Assembly: GCF_006345805.1 (NCBI RefSeq)
Contig: NW_021825587.1
Span: 1-15,001, forward strand
Length of the DNA stretch: 15,001 nt
DNA from: Octopus sinensis
Lineage: Eukaryota
Direction of reading: 5' to 3'
Both the position numbers and the translations under genes were made by a program. Each line of letters opens with the position of its first letter. The first letter of the stretch is position 1. The notes below the pieces were generated by a model. The model saw nothing but the letters and a program-made list of their open reading frames with translations, was not told where the DNA came from and did no database searches. This document shows, in pieces, positions 8,250 to 15,001 of this stretch.

Positions 8250-8724
8250 TATTATATAAAACAACACTGAAACTGAATTGATTCATTCTGTATTTATCTT
8301 ACTCTAAATTACTTTGGGTTGGAGGGGGGTGGGCTCTAACCCCCTTCCCCCGAGAGAACATGCTGGTCTGAAAAACCTAAAAATATTCGATACCGAACTT
8401 AACTGGTCTTGACCAGTTCCAGCGTAGTCGTAGTCATGTTCCGTTTGGACAGATTGTTTATATTCTAAATAGATATCCGTTATTAATTATCCAATGATGT
8501 GTTGGTGCCAGCAATTGGCACTATTACAGCTCTTAGTGTCCGAATGGTCAATATAACTGTTTCTATATCTTCTTCATCAAGTCTTTTTCTATTGTACAAG
8601 TTTCTTCTCTATTGTACAGGCCAAAGAATATGACAGCACGGTTGGGAATAGAAAACTACAAATACTGACATCCTACAAAGTCGGTAATTCATAAACCAGC
8701 TATGAAGTAAAATAACTAAATGGT

Positions 8725-8978
8725 TCTCCGTCAGTTTCTACTATGAACACTCAATGTTCGATCTAATGAACTCAGCATGTATGTAAATTGAACATTCCAC
8801 GGACACGTGTAATTCTAAGACCGAATCGACATGGCATAGTGACAAGGCTGTACTTTAAATCACAGATGCAATCCATCCGACGAGCTTTCCTCGACCCGAT
8901 TTCGCATCTAGACTTATGGTAAAAGAAATTTGTCCCAGACACCACGTAGTGATATGAAATCTACGACCTCGTGGTATT
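8725..8978 (-). mobile_element. Old, diverged SINE-like repeat with a family-A-like head
   Basis: tttgtcccagacaccacgtagtgatatgaaatctacgacctcgtggt resembles the reverse-complemented family A head; remainder recognised only loosely. Confidence 0.35.
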
Positions 8979-9083
8979 ATGTGTGCGCGTGCGCATGCGC
9001 ATGTGTGTATGTGTATTTGTGTGCATGTGTGTGTATGTATGTGTATCATTGCGAACGAGCAAATAAAAATAATGAAACTATAT

Positions 9084-9137
9084 CTCTTTTACTTGTTTCA
9101 GTCATTTGACTGTGACCATGCTGGAGCACCGCCTTTA
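9084..9137 (-). mobile_element. SINE family A 3' tail fragment
   Basis: ctcttttacttgtttcagtcatttgactgtgaccatgctggagcaccgccttt. Confidence 0.85.
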
Positions 9138-9181
9138 AGCATATATATATATCAAAGCATATATATATATAAATATATATA

Positions 9182-9627
9182 AAGGTACACCAGGTACATG
9201 CATCGCAACCATATGTGCGCGACATGGCGATCTTAAATCAAGAGAAACAGCGCATGACCTTGCAGGTGGGGCCCACTTTTTTCAGGTTGAGTAGCCCGTC
9301 CTGCTCAAAACGTCCCTGAATAAGGTTTGTTAAAGGATGATGAACAAAACACGCATGTGTCCTGAGGTGAATTATCCAAACTCTAAAGAATTTCTCTCAA
9401 CACATGGCTATGGTGCTTCCCCACAAATTCTGCTCGTGATCAGAGATGCACATATCATCAGCCACTAAGGGACATGCTCAAATGGTTAAGGTCAAGCAAC
9501 TGACAAGCAAATCTGTGGTACTGAGCAGAATATTTGCTGTATCAAGACGAAACAATGTACATAATAACACTTCCAACCAGTTAAGATCAGAAGCAGGAGA
9601 GCCACTGCCTGGTACAGCATCAGGGCA
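9182..9627 (-). mobile_element. Non-coding repeat abutting the (AAT)n array, probably a retroelement 3'UTR or non-autonomous derivative
   Basis: Complex, GC-balanced block starting immediately after the (AAT)n run on the minus strand; recalled as a common octopus-type repeat, not verifiable here. Confidence 0.4.
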
Positions 9628-9672
<45 letters not shown>

Positions 9673-9717
9673 TTATTATCATCATCATTATTGTTATTAT
9701 TATTATTATTATTATTA
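9628..9717. repeat. (ATT)n microsatellite
   Basis: Seen directly, with a few ATC/GTT variants. Confidence 0.95.
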
Positions 9718-10041
9718 AAGTTATTTCAATTCTCAAAGCTCTTGATTTCAGTTGCTCCGGTTAATTCTGTAAGAGCGGACAATAACCTGTTTCAAGGGTC
9801 TCACCGGATCTCTTTTAACAATACTTAACATCCAAGAATCAATTCCAAAATACTTGCTGTATCCAATAAAGCAGCCTTCTGGGAATGTTCTACCCCCATG
9901 TCAATCCCAACAAAATTTCCAACAAAATCTCAAATTCCTCATGGTTGTTAATACTCAGGGTAGCCCTACAACTAGTTACTCTCTTCATTGCCCACATTCG
10001 CGCAATTTCATCTTTAAGTAGCTTGTATTTTTGAATCTTTT
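9718..10041 (-). mobile_element. 3' end of an R4/Dong-like (REL-endonuclease) non-LTR retrotransposon, degenerate
   Basis: Minus frames KIQKYKLLKDEIARMWAMKRV and, after a frameshift, GIDMGVEHSQKAALLDTASILELILGC* (stop 9825-9827); match to the KxxKYxxL...QKAxLLxTxxI C-terminus of R4-clade ORFs; about 107-nt 3'UTR ending on (AAT)n. Confidence 0.7.
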
Positions 10042-10055
10042 GTGTGTGGGTGTGT

Positions 10056-10150
10056 ACATACATACATACATACATACATACATACATACATACATACATA
10101 CATACATACATAATACGTAAATACATACATACATACGTACATACATACAT
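10056..10150. repeat. (TACA)n microsatellite
   Basis: Seen directly. Confidence 0.95.
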
Positions 10151-10177
10151 CCATATACGATTTGGATCCTTGTTAGT

Positions 10178-10642
10178 GTATATATTTTCCTTTATGTGCA
10201 TTAACTACAGCATTAGAGCATTTTAGCTATTATTTTTAGCAATGTAGGTGTTTCTTAACAACCTAGTCGCATTTAGTGAGAATTATAATCCTCCCTTTTG
10301 GTGAGACATTGCAACCTGCTCTTTATATCAAGTTTATTTATACACATTAGTGAATCGCTAAATCATCCATTAATTTGGATGAAGAAAACATATATCCTAA
10401 TAGAGAAGCAAGTCCGAAAAAAGCAGAGATCAAGCAGGTTTAACTGATGAGGCAAAGGAAATTGCTGAAACTGACGTCAGTATTAAGAATTCACGATCGG
10501 CAATTTTTCGGACGATTTAGCTTCCTGTAATATATGTTTTCATTCGCTAACTACAGCGTTAGACCATTTTAGCTCTTATTTCTTGCAAAGTTGGTGTTTC
10601 TTAACACCTTCGTCACAGTTAGTGACAATTATAATTCTCCTA
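10178..10642. repeat. Partial tandem duplication, 346-bp period
   Basis: taactacagc.ttaga.cattttagct...ggtgtttcttaaca...ttagtga.aattataat occurs at 10202 and 10548. Confidence 0.8.
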
Positions 10643-10669
10643 TATTAATTATATATATATATATATATA

Positions 10670-10883
10670 GTTAATCCAAACATGAAAACACAAAGAGAAA
10701 ACACAACAACGTGAGGACGTGGAACAAATATAGTATTATTGGACGTTCAGGAAGGATGAGAAGAAGGAAGGTTTGACGTTTCGAGTGGAGCTCTTCGTCA
10801 GAAACATAGGAAAAGGAAAGATCTAGAGAAGGGATGACGGAGGAAGAAAATCGCCAACGGTGCACACGCGGTCACATTTTGAA
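10670..10883 (-). mobile_element. Short PLE-type element with hammerhead, inserted in (TA)n
   Basis: Homologous to 1-143; TA runs on both sides. Confidence 0.7.
10771..10805 (-). ncRNA. Minimal type I hammerhead ribozyme motif with extra A after A9
   Basis: GUUU-CUGACGA-A-GAG(CUCCA)CUC-GAAA-C-GUC-AAAC: 4-bp stem I, GUC cleavage triplet. Confidence 0.65.
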
Positions 10884-10900
10884 TATATATATATATATAT

Positions 10901-11296
10901 AGGACTGGCTGTTGTGGTAAGTAGCTTGCTTACGAACCACATGGTTCCCCGGGTTCAGTCCCACTGCGTGGTACCTTGGGCAAGTGTCTTCTATTATAGC
11001 CTCGGGCCGACCAATGCCTTGTGAGTGGATTTGGTGGACGGAAACTAAAAGAAGCCAGTCGTATATATGTATTTGTATGTATGCGCATGTATATGTTTCT
11101 GTGTTTGTGTTTGTCCCCCCGACATCGCTTGATAACCGATGCTGGTGTGTTTACGTCCCGTAACTTAGCGGTTCGGCACAATAGACCGATAGAATAAGTA
11201 CTAGGCTTACAAAGAATAAGTCCTGGGGTTGATTTTTTTCGACCAAAGGCGGTGCTCCAGCATGGCCACAGTCAAATGACTGAACAAGTAAGAGAG
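10901..11296 (+). mobile_element. SINE family A copy
   Basis: Head, internal microsatellite and tail as in the other copies. Confidence 0.9.
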
Positions 11297-11300
11297 TATG

Positions 11301-11331
<31 letters not shown>

Positions 11332-11352
11332 ATATATATATATATATATATA

Positions 11353-11740
11353 GGCGCAGGAGTGGCGTGTGGTAAGTAGCTTGCTAACCAACCACATGGT
11401 TCTGGGTTCAGTCCCACTGCGTGGCATCTTGGGCAAGTGTCTTTTGCTATAGCCCCGGGCCGACCAATGCCTTGTGAGTGGATTTGGTAGACGGAAACTG
11501 AAAGAAGCCTGTCGTATGTATGTATATATATATATATGTATGTGTGTGTATGTGTTTGTCCCCCCAACATCGCTTGACAACCGATGCTGGTGTGTTTACG
11601 TCCCGTAACTTAGCGGATCGGCAAAATAACCAATAGAATATGTACTAGGCTTACAAAGAATAAGTCCCGGGGTTGATTTTTTTCGACCAAAGTTGGTGCT
11701 CCAGCATAGCCACAGTCAAATAACTGAACAAGTAAAAGAG
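11353..11740 (+). mobile_element. SINE family A copy, tandem with the previous one
   Basis: Complete head ggcgcaggagtggc; shares private variants with 10901-11296. Confidence 0.9.
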
Positions 11741-11762
11741 TATATATATATATATATATATA

Positions 11763-12044
11763 TAGGGCAGCGGACTCGCGGTCGTAGGATCGCGGTTTCG
11801 TTTCTCAGTTTCGTTGTGAGTGTTTATTGAGCGAAAACACCTAAAAGCTCCACGAGGCTCCGGGGGTGGTGATCCCTGCTATACTCTTTCACCACTCTTT
11901 CTCTCTCTCTTTCTTCTGTTGGCCTGCTCGCTTAGCCAGCGGGGTGGCGTCGTTCGAAGGCTAAAACAATGCGAACGCATTGTGACCAGCGATGTGTAAA
12001 AACATCTGATGGTCTGGTCGGTCAAGTGATCAAGTGTCAAGTGA
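11763..12044 (+). mobile_element. SINE family C, 5'-clipped copy
   Basis: tagggcagcggactcgcggtcgtaggatcgcggtttcg..., homologous to 481-788. Confidence 0.88.
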
Positions 12045-12369
12045 TGTATATATATATATATATACACACACACTTACAGACGTACAGAAAAACGCACAGA
12101 TAAGCATACATACACACATTTTAATATGTCGCCTATACTAAACGTGCTCTTCCGGTTCGCGGCAAATCACTCACCGATGTTGTTGATGGACACATTATAT
12201 ACGTTGTACCAAGTGAAGTATTACAGGTTTCATAAACGACTTCTTTTAGCATGGAAATAATGATGTAAGCTTTCTGAACAATGACGCGATAAGTTTTCAG
12301 GAATAAGCTTTAATAATTTTCATGCATTGCTACATCATAAAGTTTTCTTAAATAAATCTCCAGATAATA

Positions 12370-12781
12370 GGCGCAGGAGTGGCTGTGTGGTAAGTAGCTT
12401 GCTAACCAACCACATGGTTCCGGGTTCAGTCACACTGCGTGGCATCTTGGGAAAATGTCTTCTGCTATAGCCCCGGGCCGACCTATGCCTTGTGAGTGGA
12501 TTTGGTAGACGGAAACTGAAAGAAGCCTGTCGTATATATGTATATATGTATATGTAGATATGTGTATGTGTGTGTGTTTTTCCCCCTAGCATTGCTTGAC
12601 AACCGATGCTGGTGTGTTTATGTCCCCGTTTCTTAGCGGTTCGGCAAAAGAGACCGATAGAATAAGTACTGGGCTTACAAAAACAATAAGTCCCGGGGTC
12701 GAGTTGCTGGATTAAAGGCGGTGCTCCAGCATGGCCGCAGTCAGATGACTGAAACAAGTAAAAGAGTAAAAGAGTAAAGAG
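12370..12781 (+). mobile_element. SINE family A copy
   Basis: Full head to (agtaaaag)n tail. Confidence 0.92.
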
Positions 12782-13058
12782 TATAATATATTTTCGAAAA
12801 ATCTGAAACGAAAATTAAAATTACATCATCAGCCAAATATAATTAAAGTAGAAATAGAGAAAAAAGATTATATTTTTACACGGTAGAGAAGTTCATGAGT
12901 GACCTCCTTTATAGTCAAATTTATTTTTAAGTAACTTGTTTATTTTACGAACACACGCACACACACATACGCACGCGCGTATGTCTGATTGTCTATGTCA
13001 AAATATATAGATATAATTAGGCCTAGATGTATATATATAAATATATATATTATATATT

Positions 13059-13470
13059 ACTCTTTTTTTGTTACTCTTTTATTTGTTTCAGTCATTTGAC
13101 TGCGGCCATGCTGGAGCACCGCCTTTAGTCGAGCAACTCGACCCCGGGACTTATTCTTTTGTAAGCCCAGTACTTATTCTATCGTTCTCTTTTGCCGAAC
13201 CGCTAAGTAACGGGGACGTAAACACACCAGCATCGGTTGTCATGCAATGCTAGGGGGACAAACACAGACACACAAACATACATGCACACACATATATATA
13301 TATATACATATATACGACGGGTTTCTTTCAGTTTCCGTCTACCAAATCCACTCACAAGGCATTGGTCGGCCCGGGGCTATAGCAGAAGACACTTGCCCAA
13401 GATACCACGCAGTGGGACTGAACCCGGAACCATGTGGTTGGTAAGCAAGCTACTTACCACACAGCCACTC
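13059..13470 (-). mobile_element. SINE family A copy, inverted relative to 12370-12781
   Basis: Reverse complement matches family A from gagtggctgtgtggtaag to the tail. Confidence 0.92.
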
Positions 13471-13471
13471 A

Positions 13472-13473
13472 TA

Positions 13474-13518
<45 letters not shown>

Positions 13519-13606
13519 CGTGTGTGTGTGTGTGTGTATGTATGTATATATACATGTATATCTATATACATGTATATATGTGTATATATACGTATATATT
13601 TGTGTG

Positions 13607-13659
<53 letters not shown>

Positions 13660-13684
13660 GTATATATATGTATATATTTATATA
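13472..13684. repeat. Compound (TA)n/(TG)n microsatellite
   Basis: Seen directly; explains the IYIY/VCVC ORFs. Confidence 0.95.
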
Positions 13685-13968
13685 TCACAGTGATCACCGT
13701 GACCGACCAGGCTGTCAGATGTTGTTACACAACGCTGGTCACAATGCGCTTCGCATTGTTTTAGCCTTCGAATGACGCCACCCCGCTGACTAGGCGAGCA
13801 GGCCAACGGAAGAAAGAGTGAGAGAAAGTTGTGGCGAAAGAGTACAGCAGGGATCGCCACCACCACCTCGTGGAACTTTAGATGTTTTTGCTCAATAAAC
13901 ACTCACAACGAAACCGCGATCCTACAACCGCGAGACCGCTGCCCTAACTACTGGGCCATTGCGCCTCC
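13685..13968 (-). mobile_element. SINE family C copy
   Basis: Homologous to 481-788, with small internal deletions. Confidence 0.88.
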
Positions 13969-14138
13969 ACATGTGTATATATATATATATATATATGTAT
14001 ATTTAAGTAGTTGAATGAATTATCCTAGTATGGATAATTCGGTTAACCGATACCTGGGTAGCAAATTCGCTATGGACTCTGTGTGGGCAGTCATCTAAGA
14101 GTTTTTGTTCATCTTGATGCTGACATAAGTTCCTTGTC

Positions 14139-14219
14139 TTTCCTGATGAGAAGGCGGTATAATGCACCCCTTATTCCTTCGAAATTAGGAATATGCAGCC
14201 TTCGAAACATATGTCGAGA
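14139..14219 (+). ncRNA. Type I hammerhead ribozyme motif with long stem II
   Basis: UUUC-CUGAUGA-GAAGGC[...]GCCUUC-GAAA-CAUAUG-UC-GAGA; predicted cleavage after C14215; AATAAA at 14219-14224. Confidence 0.75.
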
Positions 14220-14296
14220 ATAAAGGAATTTTGTTAAATCGTCGTTCAACTCCATTCTTTCATTTATTTATATATATATGTATGTATGTATGTATA

Positions 14297-15001
14297 TTTT
14301 GGGTTGGCGACTAAGTTCCTGTCCTTTTTTTAAATTTAAATTTTTTATAAGGTTTACTAAAAAATAACAACTAATTAATCAATAACGTATTCATTCTTCT
14401 TGTTTACAACTTCTTCCCAACGTTCAACAAGATTTTCAATACCTCGTTAGTAGAAATCACCCGATTTCGACTCGAAAAATTGATCCAACTAAGCACTCAA
14501 TTCTGCATTAGTATTGAACGAAAACTCCGCTCATAGCATTTGAAAGAGACCGAAAGAGGTGGAAATCCGTTGGTGTCAAATCAGGAGAGTACGGCTTGTG
14601 TGGCAGCACTTCCCAGCTATGCTTTTGAATAGCTTCCTTGGTCATATTGGCGATATAAGGGCGGGCGTTGTTGTGCAACAGAAGAACTCCATGCTGCCGA
14701 TTAGGTCTTTTCTCTTTGAGTCGTTCCATTTGTTGTACATAGAGTTTCACGTTGACCATTTGGTTCCGTTCAAGCAATTCCTAATGGATAATCCCTTCCC
14801 AGTCCTACCATACACACGACATCGTTTTAAATAGATGAAGAGCTTGCTTCACGCGCGGTGTCGCTTGTTTACCGGGGCTAAGCCATTCCTTACGCTGCTT
14901 CATATTGATGTACAGGCACCATTTTTCGTCGCCGGTAACGATTCGGTAAAGAAATCATTGCTTGTATCCATGAGTTGAGCGGTGATAAGCAAACTAGCGG
15001 A
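14297..15001 (-). mobile_element. Mariner (D,D34D) transposon, 3' half with terminal inverted repeat
   Basis: TIR-like ttgggttggcgactaagttcc just after a TA; transposase remnant on the minus strand; runs off the window. Confidence 0.9.
14375..15001 (-). pseudogene. Mariner transposase pseudogene (mellifera-subfamily-like)
   Basis: RIVTGDEKWCLYINMKQRKEWLSPG...VW*DWEGIIH*ELLERNQ...LLHNNARPY...YSPDLTPTDFHLF...RGIENLVERWEEVV; 34 aa between the second and third catalytic positions; second D is N; stops at 14805-14807 and 14781-14783; frameshift near 14520. Confidence 0.92.

Noticed and set aside
8588-8683. Possible exon after ctattgtacAG with a GTAATT donor
   Set aside because: The acceptor arises from a local 11-bp duplication (tctattgtaca twice); peptide unrecognisable.
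95-14014. Dozens of 60-175 aa ORFs rich in HT, IY, VC or YI repeats, or with recurring RQASFSFRLPNPLTRH
   Set aside because: They are translations of microsatellites and of SINE family A or C; no coding signature.

Overview
AT-rich, microsatellite-dense eukaryotic DNA with no intact protein-coding gene; most listed ORFs are translations of (TA)n/(CA)n/(TACA)n runs or of SINEs. The repeats resemble, from recall only, those of coleoid cephalopods (Octopus-like), so this is probably a large intron or intergenic stretch. Most of the window is mobile-element debris. There are at least four tRNA-derived SINE families (about 17 copies or fragments), a decayed D34D mariner of the mellifera type, and two hAT-type MITEs with 8-bp TSDs, one carrying an RTE-5'UTR-like GC-rich cargo. 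There are also a non-autonomous Helitron, a piggyBac-type MITE, an R4/Dong-like 3' end on a (TAA)n array, a possible APE-endonuclease LINE relic and two long foldback palindromes. The most notable signal is a set of type I hammerhead-ribozyme motifs of the Penelope-like-element kind. One at 14139-14219 (+) is near-canonical with a long stem II. Two minimal copies with an extra A in the core lie at 26-60 (-) and 10771-10805 (-), and a weak fourth is at 10444-10478. A few speculative host exons lie in the repeat-free stretches.
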